From: Candidatus Lustribacter sp.
GTDB lineage: Bacteria > Vulcanimicrobiota > Vulcanimicrobiia > Vulcanimicrobiales > Vulcanimicrobiaceae
NCBI GenBank assembly: GCA_965277805.1
Contig: OZ255842.1
Coordinates: 3,104,001 to 3,168,000, forward strand
Length of the DNA stretch: 64,000 nucleotides
Direction of reading: 5' to 3'
Below, piece by piece: positions 1 through 8,246 of this stretch. Position 1 is the stretch's first letter. Every line of letters starts with the position of its first letter. The position numbers were made by a program, and so were the translations under genes. The notes under the pieces are model-generated. The model was not told where the DNA came from and made no database searches. It saw only the letters and a list, made by a program, of their open reading frames with translations.

Positions 1-516
1 CGGCGCCCGGCCAAGATCGTTCGGCGTAGTAGATCGTCGTGCGCGCTTCGTGGATCCAGTCGCGAGCCGCGGTACCATCGAGGATCCCGCGGCGAAGGGC
101 GAGCCACGCAACGTAGCGGACGTTCACCGACGGAACGCTCAAGGGGGCGTGCGTTTGCGGATGCATCGCGACCGCGACCTCGTCGTCGCCGTCGATCGCA
201 CCGCTTTCGTACCAGCGCGCGATCGCGCCCAGCGCAACGGCGCCGTAGGGACGGCATTCAACGGCGCGTAGCGCGCCCATACTGGCAGCACCGTAGAGCC
301 GCACGCGGCGCGCTGCGGCGAGAACTTCTTTCGGCGTCGGCGCGAGTTCGTGGTGAAAGACGCCATCCAGCAGCAAAACGGCACCGAACGTTTCGGCCGC
401 ACGCGCGACGTCACCGCGCGCTGCCGGCGGCGCGTACGTGACTCCGGGAAGCATGAGCCGGTCGGCGGGCGGCAACGACGGGCCAGCAAAAACACAGATG
501 CGTTCTAGAAACGCAT
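1..516 (-). CDS. tfuA: TfuA-like protein (YcaO partner in thioamidation); 3' end beyond the window; start ambiguous
   Basis: Manual translation of a minus frame absent from the ORF track: ICVFAGPSLPP...YAPPAARGDV...LLDGVFHHELAPTPKEVLAA...LYGAASMGALRAVECRPYG...WYESGAIDGDDEVAV...LSVPSVNVR...IYYAERSW, matching TfuA core motifs. The frame is open to position 1. The ATG at 516 is one base out of frame. Confidence 0.85.
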
Positions 517-700
517 CGTCGGCGTCTTCGTCGAAAGCTCTGATTTCGATGCGTCCGGTGTTCTCGCGCTCCGCTGGATCGCCTTCATGCTTTGGGCCGC
601 CGCAGCACCGAAAGATTCGCCCTTATCAGCCGCCGCCGGCCCGGCTACGATGGGATCGAGAGACAGCGTATCTCTCTGTCTTTTCCAAGAAAGCAAGACC

Positions 701-1027
701 ATGCAGAAGTACATTTTTGCGGTCGCACTCGCAGCCGCCGTTGGGGCGCCGGCCATTGCCTCCGCGCAGACCGCCCCGGTGAGCGTGACGACGATCGTCT
801 GCCGCACGCCGAACGCGGGCGAAACGGCGACCGCGAACATCCAAAACGCGCCGGTTGTGTGCCACGTAATCAATGTGGAGAAAATCCGTACGGCGATGAA
901 CGCCGTGATGAATTCGAACCTGAGCACCGATCAAAAGGCGAAAATGCAAACGGCGATGACGGTCCTTAGAGACGAACTGCAGCTCGAACCGACATATCCG
1001 GGCTTCAACGGCAACCCGAATAACTGA
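701..1027 (+). CDS. Small secreted hypothetical protein
   Basis: ATG at 701, Sec-type signal peptide (MQKYIFAVALAAAVGAPAIASA), two Cys in the mature part. Confidence 0.75.
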   Translation: MQKYIFAVALAAAVGAPAIASAQTAPVSVTTIVCRTPNAGETATANIQNAPVVCHVINVEKIRTAMNAVMNSNLSTDQKAKMQTAMTVLRDELQLEPTYPGFNGNPNN

Positions 1028-1076
1028 CGCAGCCCGCGCGCACAAGCGAGCAGCGGCCCCCGAGGGTGACCGCTGC

Positions 1077-2069
1077 TTATTTGCCGCCGGGATTCGTGAT
1101 CAGTGAGGCAATCGAGACGGTGACGGCGCCGGTGCGTGCTAACGCGCGGCCCGTGAATTGCGTGGCCGAGGTTAGCGTGACCGAATCCAACGCGAGAACA
1201 TTGCCGGAGAACGACTGGGCGCCGAGGATTGCCGAACTGCCGACTTGCCAGTAGATGTTGCACGCGTTGGCGCCGTTGATCAGGTTCACGTTGCCGCTGT
1301 TCGTTCCGTTGAGCGTCGTGGTGAGCGTGCTCCCGGCTTGAAAAATGAAGACGCTCTGCGCGTTGCCGCCGCCGTCGAGCGTCAGATTTCCGGCCAAGAT
1401 GCTCATCGATGAAGCCGACTTATAAACGCCCGGAGGTAACGTGCCGGTCGGGTGGCCGGGCACGCTGGCCTGCGAAAGATCTTGTCCGCCGGGGAACGTC
1501 ACGGTCGACGCCACGCCGGCAAAGTTGTTATACGCGACGGTCAAGGCGCTTTGGGCCGCGAGCGTGACGGCCGGCTGATTGCTGTATCCGGCGCCGATAG
1601 CGTAGATGGCGGCGGGACCGTCGGCATCCGTACCCGGCGGATAGAATCCAACCACGGCAGTCCCGGGCGACACGCCGATCAGATCGTCATTCAAACTTCC
1701 GGTGGTCGCACCGGGCGCATACGTCACATTGGTCAAGCCGGTGTTCGTAATCGTCGAACCGGCTAGCAATGCGAACGGCGTCAGCGCCGTTCCGAGCGCC
1801 AACGCTCCGGCGCCTTGACTGCACGCAACGGCGGGAACAAACGGTACGGTTGTGGGTACCGTCGTCGGAGCCGTCGTCGGCACACCGCCCGGCCCCGTCG
1901 TTGGAAATGTCGTCGGAGCGGTCGTGGGAACTCCGACGGGACCCGCCGCTGCGCCGGCGGTAAAGCCGGGGACGTTGCAGTTACACGCGCCGCACGCGGC
2001 CAGCGACAAGACGGAAGCGAGCGCTGCGAACCGCTGCGGTTTTTTGAACATGTTGCTCATCCTCATCAC
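1077..2069 (-). CDS. DUF3494 ice-binding-like lipoprotein
   Basis: Lipobox LAAC and Pro/Thr linker, then FALLAGSTITNTG, GVSPGTA, TLPPGVYK, LTLDGGGN..SVFIFQ, NIYWQVGSSA, F.GNVLA, GRALA: the typical DUF3494 beta-solenoid motifs. Exact start Met uncertain (2069-2051). Confidence 0.9.
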   Translation of the reverse strand: MMRMSNMFKKPQRFAALASVLSLAACGACNCNVPGFTAGAAAGPVGVPTTAPTTFPTTGPGGVPTTAPTTVPTTVPFVPAVACSQGAGALALGTALTPFALLAGSTITNTGLTNVTYAPGATTGSLNDDLIGVSPGTAVVGFYPPGTDADGPAAIYAIGAGYSNQPAVTLAAQSALTVAYNNFAGVASTVTFPGGQDLSQASVPGHPTGTLPPGVYKSASSMSILAGNLTLDGGGNAQSVFIFQAGSTLTTTLNGTNSGNVNLINGANACNIYWQVGSSAILGAQSFSGNVLALDSVTLTSATQFTGRALARTGAVTVSIASLITNPGGK

Positions 2070-2071
2070 GG

Positions 2072-3366
2072 CTAGATCTTCACGCCGAGACCGATATACG
2101 GGCCGTCATGGATCTGACCAATCGGTGCGTTTTTGGTCGCGGCGTAATGATCGCCGCTGAATCCGCCAAAGAGATAGACCGGCGAGTGCGCGATGACGAG
2201 CGCGACGCCGATATCGTATTTGATGATTTGATACTGCTGTTGATAGCTGGTGCCGGCGTTGGGGCTCGCCGCATTGCTGACGGTATACGTGCCCGAGGCA
2301 CTCGGATAATAGAATGCGGAACCGTAGAAGCTCAGCCCGGGCCGTAGATCCGGTAGCTTTTCGAGCCCAACGCCGACCGCGTTCAAGTTCGGATAGCCGT
2401 AGTTGTTGGCGTCGTGAAGGTAGGCTACGCCGGCGTAGATGCGCGGCTTCAGGACTTGATATTCCAGCCGGATGTCGAGGCTGGTTTGGCGCGCCATGAA
2501 CACCGGTGTGAATGCCGTTCCGCCGTCGATGGTCGCAAATTGCGTGTAGTGATTGCCGATTCCATCAACGGCGTTGCTGCTCGTGACGTAGGCGTCTTGC
2601 CGGAAATCGGCTTTGAGCGCGATGGGTGAATTCTGCGGCGCGAAGGCGGCGTTGAAGATGAACGTATCGCAATACGTTCCGGCCACGAACTCGTTGTAAT
2701 TCTTCGGCGTCGAGTACGCGGCTTGGAGGAAGGCCGTATACGAGGGTTCGAGCGGCACGGGAGTAGGCGGCACGGCGATCGCGACGGGCAGCGTAACGGC
2801 CGCGGACGGCTTCGGTGTGACGACCGGAGTCGCGGTGGGTACGACGACCGGCGGCGCGCTCGGAGGCGGCGGCGCGGGCAACGCGATGTAGCGTACGACG
2901 ACGACGCGCCGCTCCGGGACCCATTGCACGTAGGCGCCCATCGCTTCGGAAATCACGCGCACCGGAACGAGAACCACGCCCTTGTAGAGCATCGGCGGCA
3001 CGTCGAGCGCGCGCGACTCGCCGTTGATGATGACTTCGTTTTTGCCTAACGTGACCGAGACGCTCGACCCCGGCTTCGCTGCGGTGATGGTTTTGCCGTC
3101 CGCCGAAACCGAGACGCTTGCGCCCATCTGTTCGAACATGCTACGTAACGGCACGTAAATCTCGCCGTCTTTAACGAGCGCGGCCAGCACGCGCGCCTGC
3201 TCGAGCAAGTCGGGCTTGGCATAGACGGTGTGGTCGTTGAAGAGGATCGGAACTTCAGCGGCCGGCGGGCTACCGAAGTCGGCCGCTCGCGCGCCGGCGC
3301 CGCTTAAGAGCAGCGCAGCAAAAGAGACGCTTACCGCAACGAATTGCGTGAGAGCCGTGCTCGCAT
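2072..3366 (-). CDS. Copper amine oxidase N-terminal (stalk) domain plus C-terminal outer-membrane beta-barrel-like protein; apparent 1-nt frameshift just after the start
   Basis: YVPLRSMFEQMGA and LVPVRVISEAMGAYVQW stalk-domain motifs, Pro-rich linker, amphipathic beta strands ending GPYIGLGVKI. The frame stays open upstream of the called TTG (3208) through a signal-peptide-like stretch. The ATG with an RBS (GGAAGG) at 3366 is out of frame by one base. Confidence 0.8.
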
Positions 3367-3473
3367 AGCAGAAGCCTTCCCATAGAGCAAAGGCCCTACG
3401 ATTTGGATGGACGGGCTAGCGGTACGGCAGTACTGCGTCCGTTATAGTACCAAATTACCCGGGAAAGCCATAC

Positions 3474-4427
3474 CTAAACGGCACTATACATTATATCGGA
3501 CGCCGGGAACGGCGCGAACTTCGCGTACTTTGCCGTCACGTCGATCCACGGTTGGAGTTCGGCCGCGATCAGCCGGTCCGAAAAATAGGTCCGGTTGGAT
3601 TGCGCGATGACGGCCGGATCGCCGTGCAGGTCCTTCGCCAGAATCGGTATCGTCTTCGCCGGATTCGCGTTGGCCCAACGTCCGGCATCGCGCATCGCCG
3701 AGACAAAACGCGCGACGAGATCGGGATGCGCTTTGGCCCAGGGGGCGGTGGCGAACCAGACCGTCGCGAGATAACTCGTCCCCAGTGCGTCGTCCGGATA
3801 CACGAACGAGCGAACCGTTCCCGACTTCAGCGCGGTCGTTAAAAACGGTTCGACCATGTACGCCGCGTCCACGCGGCCCGAGGTGAGCGCGTCGGCCTCG
3901 AGCGGAAACGGAATCTCGACGAACTTCACCGTCGATGAATCGCCGCCGTGTTTATCCATCCACGCGCGCGGCAGGAACTCGCCGATCGTTCCGAGCCCCG
4001 GCGTCGCAAACGTCTTGCCGTTGAAATCCGCCGCTGTTTTCGCGGTCGAAGTGTTCGCGACCATGATGCTGCCGACAATTTTTCCCGGTTGCCAGCCGGC
4101 GCCGGGCGCGATGCAGACGAACGGCAAGCCGCGCACGTGCGCGACGGCGATCGTCGAGATGTTTGCGAACGCCGCGATGTCGTAGGTGCCGGCCGCGACG
4201 GCAGCGACGATCGCGGGCGTCGATGCGTTTTGCGTGATCTCGACGTTCAAGCCGGCCTTGCTGAAGTAGCCGTTTTCGCTGGCATAATAGATCAATGCGG
4301 CAGGCTCGTTCGGAATCATCGCCGCGTGAACAAGCGGCATCGTCTGCGCTTGCGCCGGCGCGGCGCACCACGGGAACGCAGCTGTCGCGGCCAAGCCCTG
4401 AACGACGCGTAAGCGGGTGACTGCCAT
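3474..4427 (-). CDS. ABC transporter substrate-binding protein, SsuA/THI5 (NitT/TauT) family
   Basis: Signal peptide, GYFSKAGLNVE, DFNGKTFATPG, VKFVEIPFP, GRVDAA motifs; RBS GGAGG. Confidence 0.9.
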   Translation of the reverse strand: MAVTRLRVVQGLAATAAFPWCAAPAQAQTMPLVHAAMIPNEPAALIYYASENGYFSKAGLNVEITQNASTPAIVAAVAAGTYDIAAFANISTIAVAHVRGLPFVCIAPGAGWQPGKIVGSIMVANTSTAKTAADFNGKTFATPGLGTIGEFLPRAWMDKHGGDSSTVKFVEIPFPLEADALTSGRVDAAYMVEPFLTTALKSGTVRSFVYPDDALGTSYLATVWFATAPWAKAHPDLVARFVSAMRDAGRWANANPAKTIPILAKDLHGDPAVIAQSNRTYFSDRLIAAELQPWIDVTAKYAKFAPFPASDIMYSAV

Positions 4428-4511
4428 AACATCGCCTCCTGCGGCATTGCACCGAGAGTGCGCGCGTTGGCCAAGTGGGTATACGCGCCCTGCAGAGAGG
4501 GAGGATCGTTT

Positions 4512-4904
4512 ATGTCATGGTCGGTGGGAACAGTTGGGCACTTCGGACTCGCCGTGCGCGATCCGAAGAAGAGCGCGCGCTGGTGGATCAAGAACTTGGG
4601 CTTTAAACAAGCGTTCGCGTTTGAGGGCGGCGTCGCAATCGAAAACGACGCCATCACGATCGTGCTCAAGAAGGGTACGCCGCGGCCGAGCACGATCGGC
4701 CACATGTCGTTTCATCTTCGCTCGATGCGCGCTTTACGCGAGGCGCTGGCCGATTTGCGCAAGCGCCGCGTCGAATTAGAAGATCCGGGGGATGAGATCG
4801 GGCCGGAAGCCCCCGGCTCGCCGCATTGCGGGCTGTGGTTCCATGACCCCGACGGCTATCGCTGGGAACTCTCGGTTCAGAACGCCCTCAAGCGCCGCAC
4901 GTAG
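4512..4904 (+). CDS. VOC/glyoxalase family protein
   Basis: GHFGLAVRD...GHMSF...WFHDPDGYRWEL; RBS GAGGA before ATG 4512. Confidence 0.9.
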   Translation: MSWSVGTVGHFGLAVRDPKKSARWWIKNLGFKQAFAFEGGVAIENDAITIVLKKGTPRPSTIGHMSFHLRSMRALREALADLRKRRVELEDPGDEIGPEAPGSPHCGLWFHDPDGYRWELSVQNALKRRT

Positions 4905-4942
4905 CGCAACGCCCGCACGCGCAGCCGGTTTATGCGAACGTT

Positions 4943-6166
4943 ATGTCCGCGATAAGCCGGCGCTTTGCACCATCGGTTTCACATGCGGTGGCCGGCGCAG
5001 GACTTTCGCCGGCGCTGACGTTCGTCTTCGCGCTTGCCGCGGGGGCGCTCGTCGCCAATGTGTACTACGCGCAGGCGCTGATCACGGTGATCAGCCCCGC
5101 GCTCGGGATACCGCTGCACTTTGCGGGTGCGATCGTCACGGTGACGCAGCTCGGGTACGCTGCGGGACTGATCTTCCTCGTCTCGCTAGCCGACCTGATC
5201 GAGAATCGCCGGCTCATTCTCCTCTGCGTTGCCGGAACCGTGGCCGGCCTCATCGGCACGATGCTTGCGCAAAATGCGGTATCGTTCATGATCGCCTCGG
5301 CCGTGGCCGGCGTGTGCTCGGTCGGCGCGCAGATCATTATCCCGTTCGCGGCAACGATGGCGAAAGACGAGCAGCGCGGGAGCGTGATCGGCAACGTCAT
5401 GGGCGGTTTGATCGCCGGCATCATGCTCGCGCGGCCCGCGGCAAACTTCATCGCCTCGGCCTTCGGCTGGCGAGCGGTGTTCGGTACCGCGGCCGCGCTC
5501 GCCGTCGTAATCTTCGCCGTGCTGTGGCTGTGGCTGCCGCGCCGGATTCCACTCTCGGAATTGAGCTACGGCGGCATCTTGAAATCATCGCTTGCAATGC
5601 TGCGCGTTCATCCGGCGCTGCGCCGGCGCGCGCTCTATCAGAGCGTGATGTTCGGCATCTTCAGTTTGTTCTGGACTGCGGTACCCTTCGTGCTCACGCA
5701 ACGCTTCGGCTTCGATCAGCGCGGGATCGCGTTGTTCGCGCTGGCCGGTGCGGGCGGTGCGCTCTCGGCACCGATCGCAGGACGGCTCGCCGACCGCGGC
5801 TTCACGCGCGTCGCCACGGCCGGAGCGATTTCGACCGCGGTCGTCGCGTTTCTCATCGCCGGCTGGGCCGGCGTGGCCGGCGCGGTCGTCATCCTGGCGC
5901 TTGCAGCGATCGTGCTCGACGCGGCCGCCCAAGCCAATCAGATCATTAGTCAGCGCGTGATCTACAACCTCGACCCGCACGCGCGCGGCCGCATCAACGC
6001 GATCTACATGACGTGCCTTTTCATCGCCGCGGCCATCGGTTCGCTGCTGGCCGGTGCAACCTACGCGGGCGGCGGCTGGATCGCGACCACGCTTACCGGC
6101 GCCGGACTCGCCGCCGCCGTGCTCGCGGCATTCGCAACCGAACGCGTTGAAGGACCCGGACCGTAA
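4943..6166 (+). CDS. MFS transporter
   Basis: About 12 hydrophobic segments; ANVYYAQ, LADLIENRR and GRLADRG loop motifs. Confidence 0.9.
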   Translation: MSAISRRFAPSVSHAVAGAGLSPALTFVFALAAGALVANVYYAQALITVISPALGIPLHFAGAIVTVTQLGYAAGLIFLVSLADLIENRRLILLCVAGTVAGLIGTMLAQNAVSFMIASAVAGVCSVGAQIIIPFAATMAKDEQRGSVIGNVMGGLIAGIMLARPAANFIASAFGWRAVFGTAAALAVVIFAVLWLWLPRRIPLSELSYGGILKSSLAMLRVHPALRRRALYQSVMFGIFSLFWTAVPFVLTQRFGFDQRGIALFALAGAGGALSAPIAGRLADRGFTRVATAGAISTAVVAFLIAGWAGVAGAVVILALAAIVLDAAAQANQIISQRVIYNLDPHARGRINAIYMTCLFIAAAIGSLLAGATYAGGGWIATTLTGAGLAAAVLAAFATERVEGPGP

Positions 6167-6231
6167 GCGTTTCAATTTAAGCGTGATTGCTTGAACGCGA
6201 CGCTCTGCGAACGTCGGCTGGGAGAAAACAC

Positions 6232-7128
6232 ATGTCCATGCAGCACCCGGGACGCCGGCTGCGCGAACTGATCGCACAGCCCAACATCACGTTGATGCCG
6301 GGTGCGTACGACGCTCTCTCGGCACGCATCATCGTCAAGCACGGCTTCGAAGTCATGGTGGCCGGCGGTTACGCCGCAACGGGCACCTTGCTCGGCGAAC
6401 CGGACGTCGGGCAGATGACGATGCACGACTACGTGGATCAGTACGGGCGCATCGCGCAGGCCGTCGAGGTTCCCGTCTTCACCGACGCCGACACCGGCTT
6501 CGGTGGACCGAATAACGTACGCCGCACGGTACGCGCGTTCGAGCGCGCCGGCATCGCGGGCATGTTCGTCGAGGATCAGCAGTCGCCGAAGCGCTGCGGG
6601 TACTTGCCCGGCAAGACGCTCATTCCGGCCGAGCAGATGATTGCGAAGATCAAAGCCGCACTCGATGCGCGCATCGACGACGACTTCTTTTTCGTCGCGC
6701 GCACCGACGCCGCGGCCATCTACGGTCTCGATGAAGCGATCGACCGCGCTCAGCGCTACATGGAGGCGGGCGCCGATATGGTGCTCTTGCAAGGCGCCGA
6801 CGAACCCGACGATTTCCGGCGCGTGATGCGTGAGGTCCCCGGACCGCGCTTTGCCAACATGTCGAATGCGCGCGGCAAGGTCGCGACGACGATCGCCGAG
6901 CTGGAAAAGCTCGGCGCGTCGGTCGTGTCGTTTCCCTCACTCCCGCTCTACGCGGCCGCAACCGCGGTCGACCGGGCGATGGAAGCGCTCGCGCGCATGC
7001 GCTCGCTCACCGGCATCGTGGACGATCTCATGACGGTCGACGACTACAACAAGATCGTCGGGCTCGACGAGCACAACGAACGCGAGCGCCGCTACGACGA
7101 GGCCGCCGCGTTGCTCGCGAAAGCGTGA
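6232..7128 (+). CDS. Isocitrate lyase/PEP mutase superfamily enzyme (PrpB/oxaloacetate decarboxylase-like)
   Basis: PGAYDALSAR, DADTGFG, EDQ..PKRCGY, ARTDA motifs. Confidence 0.9.
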   Translation: MSMQHPGRRLRELIAQPNITLMPGAYDALSARIIVKHGFEVMVAGGYAATGTLLGEPDVGQMTMHDYVDQYGRIAQAVEVPVFTDADTGFGGPNNVRRTVRAFERAGIAGMFVEDQQSPKRCGYLPGKTLIPAEQMIAKIKAALDARIDDDFFFVARTDAAAIYGLDEAIDRAQRYMEAGADMVLLQGADEPDDFRRVMREVPGPRFANMSNARGKVATTIAELEKLGASVVSFPSLPLYAAATAVDRAMEALARMRSLTGIVDDLMTVDDYNKIVGLDEHNERERRYDEAAALLAKA

Positions 7129-8246
7129 GCATCGGCGTCACCGGCCTCCGCAAGTCGTTCGGCGACGTTTCCGTCGTCCATGGAATCGACTTGCACGTCG
7201 ATGACGGCAAGATGCTGGTGCTGCTCGGACCGTCGGGATGCGGGAAGACGACGACGATGCGCTGCATCGCCGGCTTGGATACGCCCGAGGCCGGCCGTAT
7301 CTCGATCGGCGACAAGGTCGTCTTCGATAGCGCGACGGGCGTGAACGTTTCCGCCGACAAGCGCAATGTCGGAATGGTCTTCCAGTCCTACGCGATTTGG
7401 CCGCACATGACCGTCTACCAGAACGTCGCCTTTTCGCTCGACATCGCGCGCACGCCGCGCGCCGAAACGAAAGCCCGGGTTGAGGCGATGCTCGAGCTGG
7501 TCGGGCTGCGCGATTTGGGCGCGCGCGGCGCGAGCCAGTTGAGCGGCGGCCAGATGCAGCGCGTCGCGCTCGCGCGCAGCCTCGTGACCAACCCGTCGGT
7601 GCTGCTGCTCGACGAACCGCTGAGCAACCTCGACGCGCGATTGCGCGACTACCTGCGCGTACAGCTGCGCGAGATTCAGACGAGCCTCAAGATCACCGCC
7701 CTTTACGTCACGCACGATCAGCATGAGGCGCTCGCGCTGGCCGACGACATCGTGGTGCTGGAAGCCGGCGAAGTACTGCAGCGCGGCGCGCCGATGGAGA
7801 TGTACTATGCGCCGAGCAGCAGCGCCGTCGCGCAGTTTCTGGGCTACAGCAACATCTTCGATGCGACCGTCCGCCGGCGCGAAGGTTCGGCCTGCGATAC
7901 GGTGCTCGATACGTGCGGCTTACCGGTGAAGGGCACCAGCGGAACGTCCGTGGCGCCGGAGAGCGCCGCCGTGTGCGTGCGGCCCAACGATATCCGCTTG
8001 ACGCCGGTTCCGTCGAATACGGCGGCGAGCGACTTGCCGGAAAACACGTATCTGGCCGAGGTCATCTTCTCGAGTTTCGAGGGAACCCAGGTCCACTACC
8101 GCGCCCGTACCGACGGCGGCACGATCTGGGACATCGTGAGCCCCGACGTTGCGGGAACGATCGTCATGGGCACGCAGGCGCTCGTGCACGTCGCTGCGGA
8201 CCGCGTCTTGGTCTTACCGCGCACGCGCAGCGACACAGCCGGATAA
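7125..8246 (+). CDS. ABC transporter ATP-binding protein (FbpC/PotA type)
   Basis: Walker A GPSGCGKT, LSGGQ signature, LLLDEP, C-terminal TOBE-like region; GTGA overlap with the upstream stop. Confidence 0.95.
   Translation: MSIGVTGLRKSFGDVSVVHGIDLHVDDGKMLVLLGPSGCGKTTTMRCIAGLDTPEAGRISIGDKVVFDSATGVNVSADKRNVGMVFQSYAIWPHMTVYQNVAFSLDIARTPRAETKARVEAMLELVGLRDLGARGASQLSGGQMQRVALARSLVTNPSVLLLDEPLSNLDARLRDYLRVQLREIQTSLKITALYVTHDQHEALALADDIVVLEAGEVLQRGAPMEMYYAPSSSAVAQFLGYSNIFDATVRRREGSACDTVLDTCGLPVKGTSGTSVAPESAAVCVRPNDIRLTPVPSNTAASDLPENTYLAEVIFSSFEGTQVHYRARTDGGTIWDIVSPDVAGTIVMGTQALVHVAADRVLVLPRTRSDTAG

Noticed and set aside
701-1027. Possible RiPP precursor for the neighbouring TfuA
   Set aside because: It is divergently transcribed, has a Sec signal peptide and looks like a folded protein rather than a leader-core peptide.
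7913-8245. N-terminal extension of the permease ORF (672 aa call)
   Set aside because: It overlaps the ATPase gene in another frame. The TAATG junction at 8244-8248 gives the natural start.
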